A DNA stretch of 54,500 bases. Origin: Verrucomicrobiia bacterium. GTDB taxonomy: Bacteria > Verrucomicrobiota > Verrucomicrobiia > Limisphaerales > UBA11358. The notes beneath the pieces are model-generated. The model ran no database searches and was not told where the DNA came from. It saw only the letters and a list, made by a program, of their open reading frames with translations. The stretch covers positions 1 to 54,500 of the forward strand of contig DATAUQ010000095.1 in assembly GCA_036268155.1 (NCBI GenBank), given 5' to 3'. This document shows, piece after piece, positions 37,613 through 46,253 of this stretch (position 1 is its first letter; every line of letters starts with the position of its first letter). The position numbers were made by a program, and so were the translations under genes.

Positions 37613-37923
37613 AATTTGCACAGGGAGTTGTGAACGGCCAGCCATTGCTGGCGTTCGGTTTTGAGGGCCTTGCGTCCGTCGGAACTGATGAAATAGTATT
37701 TGCGCTCGCGCCCGGTGTCGGCTTCCTTCCATTCGGAATCAATCAGGCCGTCGCGCTCGAGCCGGTGCAAAACGGGATAGAGCATCCCATCGCTCCACTC
37801 GATCTGGCCGCCGCTCAATTCGCGGACTTTCTGGATGATCTCGTAGCCATAGCTTTCGCCGCCCGCGAGGATGGAGAGCAGCAGCGGTTTCGAGGACGCG
37901 GCGACCAAATCTTTCGTAAGCAT
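37585..37923 (-). CDS. PadR family transcriptional regulator
   Basis: LLLSILAGGESYGYEIIQKVRELSGGQIEWSDGMLYPVLHRLERDGLIDSEWKEADTGRERKYYFISSDGRKAL is canonical PadR. The start is taken at the ATG at 37923. Confidence 0.9.
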   Translation of the reverse strand: MLTKDLVAASSKPLLLSILAGGESYGYEIIQKVRELSGGQIEWSDGMLYPVLHRLERDGLIDSEWKEADTGRERKYYFISSDGRKALKTERQQWLAVHNSLCKLWKIKPGSI

Positions 37924-38078
37924 GGCTGTCTTATACATTGAACTGGAAGGTGTGTCAATGCGAAAATTTGGGGCGCGGATGGTTCGTCCGCAAGTTCGGC
38001 GGATTCACGCGGGCAAGCCGCCCGCGCTCCGTTCGCGGCGGGATTGCGCGCGGAGTTTTTCCCGATTACATTCCGCTT

Positions 38079-39797
38079 GTGCCGGAAAATTCCGTCCGAA
38101 CAAAAAATTCCACGCTCTGGCTGCTTGTGCGCGTGAACGTGATTTCAAGCTGGCGGAAACTTCTGGCCGTGCGCGAGCAATCGCGACTGCTTACGGGACT
38201 CATCGCGGCGTTCATCGTCGGTTATCTCGGGCTTTCGTTCTGGCTGTTTTATGACGGACTGCGTTTCATCGCAAAATTTCCGGGCCTCGGCGCGGTGCTG
38301 ACTGAACGGCTGATGTATGTGCTGTTCGCGTTTTTGTTCGCGCTGCTGTTGTTGAGCAATCTGGTCATCAGTTACACAAATCTTTTCCGCAACCGCGAAA
38401 CCGCATTTTTGTTGTCGTTGCCGGTCTCGACGCAGACGATTTTCCGCTGGAAATTCATCGAATCAACTTTGCTCGCGTCGTGGGCGTTTTTATTTTTGAT
38501 TGCGCCGTTGCTCGTGGCATTTGGTTTGGTGCGCGCCGTGCCCTGGCATTTTTACGTGATGACGCCTTTTTTGATCGCGCTATTTATCGTATTGCCCGGC
38601 GTCATTGGCGCGTGGCTGGCGATTTTGATCGGCAGATTTCTGGACCGGCGCAGTTTTCAAATCGCGCTGGTGGTGACGGCCATGGTCCTGCTCGCGATGG
38701 CGGCCTTTTGGTGGAAATCGAACCCGGCCACGGACGAATTGCTCGACAAGCGCACGCTCGAAGCGCTCGACCAGTTGCTCGCCAAGACGCGCTTCACGAT
38801 GTTTCCGTTCCTGCCCAGCTACTGGCTCTCGTCGGCGGTGCTGCAATGGGCGGAAGGCATCGTGCGCGGCTCGGCATTTTTCGCGTTGGTGCTGTTGAGC
38901 AACACGCTGTTTTTCGGCGCGATTGCGTTCACGCGTTTTGGAAATCTGTTTTACGACACGGCATCCGCAGTGCAAAGCCGCGCAGGAAGCAATTTCAAAT
39001 TAAATTTTCTGCGCACCCAAAAAAATCTTTCGCAGACCATCGGCCTGCTGGAAAAAATCGCCGCAAAAATTTCCTGGTTCGACCGCGATACGCGCGCGCT
39101 CGCCGTCAAGGACGTGCGTATGTTCTGGCGCGACACGACGCAATGGGGCCAATCCGTGATGCTCTTCGGGCTGCTCGGTGCCTACATCATCAGCGTGCGA
39201 AATTTCACGCATCAGCTCACCAGCCCGTTCTGGATCAACCTCGTCGCGTTCGCAAATCTTGCCACCTGTTCGCTGAACCTTGCCACGGTCACGACGCGAT
39301 TTGTGTTTCCGCAATTTTCCCTCGAAGGCCGGCGGCTGTGGATTGTCGGGATGTCGCCGATGGGATTGGCGCGCGTCATCAAAACTAAATACTGGCTGTC
39401 GAGCGCGCTTTCGCTCGTCGTGACGCTTGGCCTTGTCACGCTCTCGTGCTGGCTCCTGAAAATGACGTGGGACCGCGTCGGGTTTTTTGGTGCGGTCATC
39501 ACCGTAATGACCTTCGCGCTCAACGGCCTCGCCGTCGGCCTCGGCGTTTTATATCCAAACCTCAAAGAAGCAAATCCAAGCAAAATCGTCAGCGGCTTCG
39601 GCGGCACGCTGTGTCTCGTGTTGAGTTTTTTGTATATCGTCGCGTCCGTGGTGCTGCTCGGTTTCGGCACGACCGGCCTGCACGACCGCGCGAGCTGTGC
39701 GATTGAAAGCATCATCGCCTTCGTGTTGATTTCGTTTTTGATCGGCTGGGTGCCGTTGAAACTGGGATTAAAACACCTGAAAAATTTCGACGCCTGA
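38079..39797 (+). CDS. large polytopic membrane protein (ABC-exporter-like permease fold suspected)
   Basis: At least 10 hydrophobic segments. The ORF is open from 37938 (TTG), but that lies 15 nt from the divergent PadR start. The in-frame GTG at 38079 is my guess, so the start is uncertain. Confidence 0.55.
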   Translation: MPENSVRTKNSTLWLLVRVNVISSWRKLLAVREQSRLLTGLIAAFIVGYLGLSFWLFYDGLRFIAKFPGLGAVLTERLMYVLFAFLFALLLLSNLVISYTNLFRNRETAFLLSLPVSTQTIFRWKFIESTLLASWAFLFLIAPLLVAFGLVRAVPWHFYVMTPFLIALFIVLPGVIGAWLAILIGRFLDRRSFQIALVVTAMVLLAMAAFWWKSNPATDELLDKRTLEALDQLLAKTRFTMFPFLPSYWLSSAVLQWAEGIVRGSAFFALVLLSNTLFFGAIAFTRFGNLFYDTASAVQSRAGSNFKLNFLRTQKNLSQTIGLLEKIAAKISWFDRDTRALAVKDVRMFWRDTTQWGQSVMLFGLLGAYIISVRNFTHQLTSPFWINLVAFANLATCSLNLATVTTRFVFPQFSLEGRRLWIVGMSPMGLARVIKTKYWLSSALSLVVTLGLVTLSCWLLKMTWDRVGFFGAVITVMTFALNGLAVGLGVLYPNLKEANPSKIVSGFGGTLCLVLSFLYIVASVVLLGFGTTGLHDRASCAIESIIAFVLISFLIGWVPLKLGLKHLKNFDA

Positions 39798-39804
39798 AAC
39801 CAAA

Positions 39805-40455
39805 TCATCCGCGCGCAATTTTCTCCAGCGCAGCGAATAATTTCAGCGCGCCGGCAAAGCGCTTCCGCCCGTCCGCCGAAACCAGATTGAATCCGCTGCC
39901 ATAAGCCGGGCCGTTCGCCACGCAGAAATCCGTCGCGCAATCGCTGATTTGTTTTTTTGCCGCGCGCAACGCATCCGTGCGTTTTCCGTCCGCCTCGAAT
40001 TTCCAGCCGATGATTTTTGTTTTTGGAAACCAGCCGCGCAATTCCGCGATTATTTTTGGCGTCGGCACCAGTTCGACGAACAGGTTGCCGCCGCGCGTGG
40101 AGATTTTTTTGGACGGCGTGAACGGCTTCAACTTTCCCGCCGCGTCGCGCGTGAACATTTTGCCGAAAGTGAAATCGCTCACCGCCGCCGCGTGAAAAAC
40201 GGCGTCTACTTTTTTGCCGGAAAACGATTTCAGCTTCGTCCGCAAATCCGCCGCAGTGGAAAAAATTTCCACGCGCTGCGCTTTGCGTTCACCCGCATAA
40301 GTCGCCGACTCGCCAATGAGCAGCGTGACTTTGTGGCCGCAAGCGGCGAGAAAATTTGCCAGTTCCGCCCCCAATTTGCCCGTCGAAAAATTCGTCAAAC
40401 GCCGGACATAATCCAGTGGCTCGAACGTCGGCCCGGCGGTGACGATGCAGTTCAT
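39805..40455 (-). CDS. coaB: phosphopantothenate--cysteine ligase (CoaB domain only)
   Basis: IVTAGPTFEPLDYVRRLTNFSTGKLGAELANFLAACGHKVTLLIG is the DFP/CoaB signature. There is no CoaC flavoprotein half. Confidence 0.75.
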   Translation of the reverse strand: MNCIVTAGPTFEPLDYVRRLTNFSTGKLGAELANFLAACGHKVTLLIGESATYAGERKAQRVEIFSTAADLRTKLKSFSGKKVDAVFHAAAVSDFTFGKMFTRDAAGKLKPFTPSKKISTRGGNLFVELVPTPKIIAELRGWFPKTKIIGWKFEADGKRTDALRAAKKQISDCATDFCVANGPAYGSGFNLVSADGRKRFAGALKLFAALEKIARG

Positions 40456-40464
40456 GCCGCAAAA

Positions 40465-40532
40465 TTAACCACCAAGACACCAAGTCACAAAGAAAAAAGC
40501 AAAACTTGGTGTCTTGGTGTCTTGGTGGTTAA
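40465..40532. repeat. palindromic intergenic element ('ttaaccaccaagacaccaag' family)
   Basis: Perfect 20-bp terminal inverted repeat ttaaccaccaagacaccaag / cttggtgtcttggtggttaa. Confidence 0.85.
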
Positions 40533-40546
40533 AATGAAATCCGCAC

Positions 40547-42493
40547 ATGAGCAAAATTGTCGGCATAGATTTGGGCACAACGAATTCACTCGTCGCCACG
40601 GTGGATTCGGGAATTCCATTTGTCATCGCAGATGCAAATGGAAATCGGCTCACACCGTCAGTCGTGCATTTTCCAGCAAACGAAAATCCAATTGTCGGAA
40701 ATGAAGCGAACCGAATTCGTATATTGAAACCGGCTGAAACGATTTATTCCGTAAAACGATTTATTGGGCGGCGCGGTTCGGAAATTTCCGAAGAAGAAAA
40801 ATCCGTGACGTTTCCGGTCAATGCGGAAAATTCTGGCGCAGTCACAATTCCGATTCACGGCAGAAATTTCGCGCCCGAAGAAATCTCTGCGGAGATTTTG
40901 AAAAAACTGAAGCGCGACGCGGAGAATTATTTTGGCGAGGAAATTTCACGCGCCGTCATCACCGTGCCAGCTTATTTCAACGACGCGCAGCGCAACGCGA
41001 CCAAGCGCGCGGGCGAACTCGCCGGATTCACCGTCGAGCGCATCGTCAACGAGCCGACCGCCGCCGCGCTGGCTTATGGTTTGGACAAGCTCAAGGAGAA
41101 ATCAAAAATCGCGGTCTATGATCTGGGCGGCGGCACGTTTGACCTTTCGATTCTGGAATTGAACGAAGGCGTTTTTCAGGTTCTTGCCACGAATGGAAAT
41201 ACAAAATTGGGTGGCGATGATTTGGACAGAAAAATCGTGGATTTTTTGGTCGAAAAAATCAACAGAAGCGAACAAAGAAAACAAAGCGACAAAGACTTCG
41301 TTGACTTTGTTTCCTTCTGTTCAAATTCTGCTTCTGTTCTTTCTCGAATCCGTGAGGCCGCCGAAATTGCAAAAATAAAATTATCCACGGAAATGAAAGT
41401 TGAAATTACATTGCCATTTCTGACGCCGGATTTTTCGTTCGATTACAAACTCACTCGCGCGGAATTGGAAAATCTGACGCGCGACATTATTTTGCGGACG
41501 CGACAACATTGCTTGCGCGCTTTGGCCGACGCGAAGCTGGAAGCGAAGGATTTGGATCAAATCATCTTGGTCGGCGGACAAACAAGAATGCCGCTCGTCC
41601 GAAAATTTGTCGGCGAACTTTTCGGTTGCGCGGAATTTGAGGAAACGCGCGGCGGTTTGAGAATCGGCTCTGATTTTCACAAAGCGAGCGGCCCACAGTT
41701 GAACACGTCGCAAAATCCCGACGAAGCCGTCGCGCTCGGCGCGGCGATTCAGGCGGAAATTTTGTCCGGCGGTTTCAAAAATGTTTTATTGCTGGATGTC
41801 ACGCCATTGTCGCTCGGCGTTGAAACATTTGGTGGCCTGATGAATGTTTTGATCCCGCGCAACTCGACGATTCCGCTGAAAGCCGGAGAAATGTTCACGA
41901 CGGCGATGGACAACCAGCGCGAAATGTTGATCCACGTTTTGCAGGGCGAGCGTGAACGCGCGAAGGACAATTGGAGTCTCGGTAAATTCACGATTGAGTT
42001 TGAGGCCGCACCGCGCGGTGTTCTGCGCGTGGGCGTGCAATTTGAAATTGACGCGAACGGAATTTTACACGTCCTTGCGCGCGACGTGAAAACCGGCAAA
42101 GAAAAAATCGTGGAAATGAAATCCGCCGTGGATGTGGACGATTCGGCAGTTCAAAAAATGGTCGAGGAATCCGTCGAATATGCGTTTGACGATCTGGCGG
42201 CGCGACGCTGGGTCGAAGCAAAATTGAAGGCAGACGAAACTTTGGCTGCGACGAAAAATGCGCTGGCAACTTGCGCGGATGAAATTGAAAAAGATTATCG
42301 CGAGAAAATTGAAATTGCCGCGCGCGAAGTTGAAAAAGTTTTGGCTGAAGAAAATTCTGAAACTGGTTCAGGCGATTTGAAAAAGTTGCAACCGGCCATC
42401 GCCACGCTTGATGAAATTACGAAACCGCTGGCCGAATTGCTGATGGACAAGGCGATGGAGGCGATGTTGCGCAAGCGCGGATTGGTTCAGTGA
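40547..42493 (+). CDS. Hsp70 family chaperone (HscA-like N-terminus)
   Basis: IVGIDLGTTNSLVATV, DLGGGTFD, VGGQTRMP, plus a substrate-binding domain and lid. No isc genes are nearby, so I assign no hscA symbol. Confidence 0.9.
   Translation: MSKIVGIDLGTTNSLVATVDSGIPFVIADANGNRLTPSVVHFPANENPIVGNEANRIRILKPAETIYSVKRFIGRRGSEISEEEKSVTFPVNAENSGAVTIPIHGRNFAPEEISAEILKKLKRDAENYFGEEISRAVITVPAYFNDAQRNATKRAGELAGFTVERIVNEPTAAALAYGLDKLKEKSKIAVYDLGGGTFDLSILELNEGVFQVLATNGNTKLGGDDLDRKIVDFLVEKINRSEQRKQSDKDFVDFVSFCSNSASVLSRIREAAEIAKIKLSTEMKVEITLPFLTPDFSFDYKLTRAELENLTRDIILRTRQHCLRALADAKLEAKDLDQIILVGGQTRMPLVRKFVGELFGCAEFEETRGGLRIGSDFHKASGPQLNTSQNPDEAVALGAAIQAEILSGGFKNVLLLDVTPLSLGVETFGGLMNVLIPRNSTIPLKAGEMFTTAMDNQREMLIHVLQGERERAKDNWSLGKFTIEFEAAPRGVLRVGVQFEIDANGILHVLARDVKTGKEKIVEMKSAVDVDDSAVQKMVEESVEYAFDDLAARRWVEAKLKADETLAATKNALATCADEIEKDYREKIEIAAREVEKVLAEENSETGSGDLKKLQPAIATLDEITKPLAELLMDKAMEAMLRKRGLVQ
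41261..41338. repeat. palindromic repeat unit inside the Hsp70 reading frame (78 bp = 26 codons)
   Basis: aacagaagc...gcttctgtt outer inverted repeat, and gaacaaagaaaacaaag / ctttgtttccttctgttc inner arms. It encodes NRSEQRKQSDKDFVDFVSFCSNSASV. Confidence 0.75.
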
Positions 42494-42636
42494 GGGGCAA
42501 AGCCCCGGTTGGCGAGCCAGAAGAGGAGAATCGTCAGCGAGATGATGATGAACAGCGACAGCCCGATAAAAAACCGGATTTGCTTTTGGTGCGGTGAAAG
42601 ATTTCGTTTCTCCCGCTGATTTGCCTTGCGAAACAT
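42487..42636 (-). CDS. small membrane protein candidate (49 aa)
   Basis: MFRKANQREKRNLSPHQKQIRFFIGLSLFIIISLTILLFWLANRGFAPH has a basic N-terminus and one TM. There is no other support. Confidence 0.3.
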   Translation of the reverse strand: MFRKANQREKRNLSPHQKQIRFFIGLSLFIIISLTILLFWLANRGFAPH

Positions 42637-42686
42637 GCGTTTATCCTGCTGCCAATCGGCGCAATCCGCAAGACGGACTTTTAAGT

Positions 42687-43435
42687 TTATCCCCACAGCC
42701 ACGCGAGCAGCGGCGCGATGGCGAGCGCGGGCAGATAATTCGCCAGTTCAACTTTGCGGATCTCAAAAATCACCAGCGCGACGGCGCAGGCAATAAAACC
42801 ACCGGCGACGTTGACGGAATCAATCAAGTTGTGCGCATCGAGAAATGGCTTTGCGTAAAATTGTGCGACCAGCGTAAGCGCGGCGAGGAAAAAATAAACC
42901 GGAAACGCCGAAAGTGCGGCCGGCCAGCCGAACATTTTCATAAAACCTGTCATGGCCAATCCATCCATGAAAGCTTTGACGGCGAGCAGATAAAAATCGC
43001 CGGACAGACCGTCCGTCACCGCGCCGAGCAAGCCGAGCGGCGCGGCGCAAAATAAAATCGCGCAGGCAATGAAACCGTCAATTGATTTCTTGGTCGGATT
43101 TTTTGCGCGGCGGTGATCAGGTTTCCGGCGAACCGTCCGAGGCGGTTGGAAATTTTTTGCAGACGCAGGACCTTTCCAATCCAGTTTCCAAGCATCATGG
43201 CGAGCAGCGCGAGAAAAATTTGCTTCAGGCATGAAAGAAAAATTCCATTGACGTGCAGCCAGACCAATCGTAGCCCAAAGAAAATCACGGCCGTGCCGAG
43301 CGTGCGGCAGAAAAAATCTTGCGCACGCGCGGACAGCGGCGCGCGTTGCGCCAGCCCGAAGAGCGCGCCCATTAAAATGCCGATGGCGTTGAGAAATGCG
43401 CCGGTCACACGCTGACTCAACCATTGTGCGGCCAA
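42687..43435 (-). pseudogene. DUF554 (YqgA-like) membrane protein, split into two frames at an A6 run
   Basis: The N-part (ORF 43016..43435) reads ...GNWIGKVLRLQKISNRLGRFAGNLITAAQK. The C-part (ORF 42687..43424 frame) reads NPTKKSIDGFIACAILFCAAPLGLLGAVTDGLSGDFYLLAVKAFMDGL.... One extra A in the coding-strand A6 run (plus-strand T6 at 43099..43104) restores a colinear DUF554. Confidence 0.75.
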
Positions 43436-43490
43436 AGTGCCAAGCAGGAAATTTTTTGCGCCTGCCCGCGAAGCCTGTTAATCAAAGGCG

Positions 43491-44771
43491 ATGACCGGCG
43501 CAAAAAACAATTCCCGCAGCCCGTGGTTTTGGATTCCCACGCTTTATGTCGCGGAAGGACTGCCGTATGCGCTGGTGATGTCGGTGTCGGTCGTGCTTTA
43601 CAAAAACCTCGGCGTCAGCAACAAGGAAATCGGAATTTGCACGAGCTGGCTGTATTTGCCGTGGGTCATCAAATCACTGTGGAGTCCGGCTGTGGAAAAA
43701 TTTCGCACGCGACGATTGTGGATTTGGGCGATGCAATTTTTTGCCGGCGCGATTCTTGCCGCCGTCGCGCTGATGATTCCCGCGCCGCATTTTTTCCAGC
43801 TCACGCTCGCGCTTTTCTGGCTGCTGGCATTCAGTTCAGCGACGCACGACATCGCAGCGGATGGTTTTTATTTGCTCGCGACGACCGAGCACGAGCAATC
43901 TTTTTTCAACGGCATCCGCAACACGGCTTATCGCGTGGCGACAATTCTCGCGCAAGGCGCGCTGGTGATTTTTGCGGGTGAAATGCAAAAACGCACCGGA
44001 AGCTTTGTTTCAGCCTGGTCAATCGCCTTTGCGTTCGTCGCGGGAATTATTCTTGCGCTGGGAATTTATCATCGAAACATTTTGCCGAAACCGGAAAATG
44101 ATTTCGCCGCTTCGACAAAAAATTTCTCCGAAAAATTTGTGGAAACGTTCGGAGATTTTTTTCGGAAACCGAAAATCGGGATTCTGCTCGCGTTTTTGCT
44201 GCTTTATCGTTTGGGCGAAGCACAGCTTGTGAAAATGGCACAGCCATTTTTGCTCGACGCGCGTTCGGTCGGCGGATTGGGATTGGACGACACGCAAACA
44301 GGTTTTATTTACGGCACAATCGGAGTCGCTGCACTGATGTGCGGCGGGATTTTTGGCGGAATCGTCGTCGCGCGAAACGGCTTGAAATTCTGGCTCTGGC
44401 CGATGTTGTTGGCGATTCACTTGCCGGACGCGGTTTTCATCTGGCTGGCTTATGCGCAACCGCAAAATATTTTTGTCATCGGCGCGGGCGTCACGGTGGA
44501 GCAATTCGGCTACGGTTTTGGTTTCACGGCATTCATGCTTTACATGATTTATATCGCTCGCGGCGAACATCGCACGGCACACTATGCGATTTGCTCCAGC
44601 TTCATGGCGCTGGGCATGATGCTGCCGGGACGCTGGAGCGGCCAATTGCAGGAATTTCTCGGCTACCAACATTTTTTTATCTGGGTGATTCTGGCGACGA
44701 TTCCGAGCTTCATTGTCGCGATGAAAATCCCGCTCGACGCTGAATTTGGAAAAAGAACACGTGCGAATTGA
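43491..44771 (+). CDS. MFS transporter, AmpG-like
   Basis: YVAEGLPYALVMSVSVVLYKNLG...WLYLPWVIKSLWSPAVE...HDIAADGFYL resembles the AmpG family N-half. Confidence 0.7.
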   Translation: MTGAKNNSRSPWFWIPTLYVAEGLPYALVMSVSVVLYKNLGVSNKEIGICTSWLYLPWVIKSLWSPAVEKFRTRRLWIWAMQFFAGAILAAVALMIPAPHFFQLTLALFWLLAFSSATHDIAADGFYLLATTEHEQSFFNGIRNTAYRVATILAQGALVIFAGEMQKRTGSFVSAWSIAFAFVAGIILALGIYHRNILPKPENDFAASTKNFSEKFVETFGDFFRKPKIGILLAFLLLYRLGEAQLVKMAQPFLLDARSVGGLGLDDTQTGFIYGTIGVAALMCGGIFGGIVVARNGLKFWLWPMLLAIHLPDAVFIWLAYAQPQNIFVIGAGVTVEQFGYGFGFTAFMLYMIYIARGEHRTAHYAICSSFMALGMMLPGRWSGQLQEFLGYQHFFIWVILATIPSFIVAMKIPLDAEFGKRTRAN

Positions 44772-44812
44772 ATTGCTTTGAACGCACCGAACTTTCCAGA
44801 ATCAAAGCTCAC

Positions 44813-45982
44813 ATGACAACAATCCGTCTTAATCGTTTTTGCCGCGCGCTGGTTTTGCTGGCCGCGCTGCTGGAATTTTCCTTGGCCGCGCGCGCTGAAA
44901 GTTTATCGGCCATTTTCACCAACATCGCGCCCGCCGCCCACATTGCGATTCCGCGCCGCACCAGCATCATTTTCATCGAGTGTGACGGACTCGGCTACGG
45001 CGATTTGAGCTGCTACGGCCAGATGAAATTCCAGACGCCGAACCTCGACAAATTCGCCGCCGAAGGAATCCGCTTCACGAATTATTTTGGCGAAAACGAT
45101 AATTCCAAATCGCAGGCCGAATTGATGTCCGGAAAAAAATCCGCGAACGGTGAAACTACCGTGGCGCAAATCCTGAAAAATTCCGGCTATCATACCGGCT
45201 TGATCGGCGATTGGAACCTGGGCGATGAAAATTCTGCAGGCGCGCCGTGGCGAAAAGGCTTTGATGAATTCGCCGGTTATCTCGACCTGGCGGACGCGGG
45301 AAATTTTTACGCCGATTACATTTTCCGTTATGCGCCCAGGAGCATCCTCAATGAGACGAACAACCAGCGGGAAGATTTTCTCGGCAGGGAAATGTTGTAT
45401 CCCAACACTGGTGGAAAAAAAGGCGATTACATTCCCGACTTGTTCATAAAAGCCGCGCTGAACTTTGTAAAAAACAACCAGCCGGACAGATTCAACCATT
45501 ACCGCCCGTTTTTTCTTTTGCTGAATTATTCAATCCCGCAAGCCGGAAAAGCGCTGCAAGTGCCGACCGATGCGCCATATTCCGAGGAATCATGGCCTCA
45601 GCCGGAAAAAAACAAAGCCGCGCTGATTTCAAGGATTGACGGCTACGTCGGCCAGTTGCAGGAGCAATTGCAGAAAATCGGAATGACGAACAACGTCGTG
45701 ATTTTCTTTTCCGGCACGGTTCCTCCGGGAAAAACGGCTGAAGGCGAACCGGACTTTTTTCACAGCAATATTTCGACCAATGACCTGCGCGTGCCGATGA
45801 TTGCGCAGTGGCCGGGAAAAATTCCGGCGGGACAGGTCAGCGGTTTCCGATGGTCGTCCGGTGATTTTCTGGTGACGGCGGCACAGATCGCGTTTGTGGA
45901 TCCCGCGCCAACCTCGGATGGAATTTCCGTATTGCCGGTTTTGTCCGGCCAGACGCAAACCAATCCGCCGGCGAAAAATTAG
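44813..45982 (+). CDS. sulfatase-fold protein lacking the catalytic motifs
   Basis: Signal peptide, then 'IIFIECDGLGYGDLSCYG...TPNLDKFAAEGIRFTNYF' (sulfatase N-terminus). The CxPxR position reads N-S-K-S-Q, and GKWHLG reads GDWNLG. Confidence 0.7.
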   Translation: MTTIRLNRFCRALVLLAALLEFSLAARAESLSAIFTNIAPAAHIAIPRRTSIIFIECDGLGYGDLSCYGQMKFQTPNLDKFAAEGIRFTNYFGENDNSKSQAELMSGKKSANGETTVAQILKNSGYHTGLIGDWNLGDENSAGAPWRKGFDEFAGYLDLADAGNFYADYIFRYAPRSILNETNNQREDFLGREMLYPNTGGKKGDYIPDLFIKAALNFVKNNQPDRFNHYRPFFLLLNYSIPQAGKALQVPTDAPYSEESWPQPEKNKAALISRIDGYVGQLQEQLQKIGMTNNVVIFFSGTVPPGKTAEGEPDFFHSNISTNDLRVPMIAQWPGKIPAGQVSGFRWSSGDFLVTAAQIAFVDPAPTSDGISVLPVLSGQTQTNPPAKN

Positions 45983-45986
45983 CCGT

Positions 45987-46160
45987 TCAATGCGCCGGAC
46001 TGCCCGGCAATGGCGCGCTGAAATTGCGTTCGTGTTCTATCTGCCTCGCTTTGAAGCCCACAAATGCAACCGCCAGCACGATAAACAATAAAACCGCCGC
46101 GAGCACAAACCACGGCCATTTGTAATTTTGTTCCGGCGGAGTTTCGTTCTGTTCGCTCAT
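45987..46160 (-). CDS. small single-TM protein candidate (57 aa, below the ORF-track cutoff)
   Basis: My translation is MSEQNETPPEQNYKWPWFVLAAVLLFIVLAVAFVGFKARQIEHERNFSAPLPGSPAH*. Confidence 0.35.
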   Translation of the reverse strand: MSEQNETPPEQNYKWPWFVLAAVLLFIVLAVAFVGFKARQIEHERNFSAPLPGSPAH

Positions 46161-46253
46161 GTCGTCAAATTATAGTGCACTGGCGGACGCAAAACAATCG
46201 CGTGAAAACTCGACCAGCGGAAATTTTGAGCTAGATTATGCGCCGTTGTTTCC

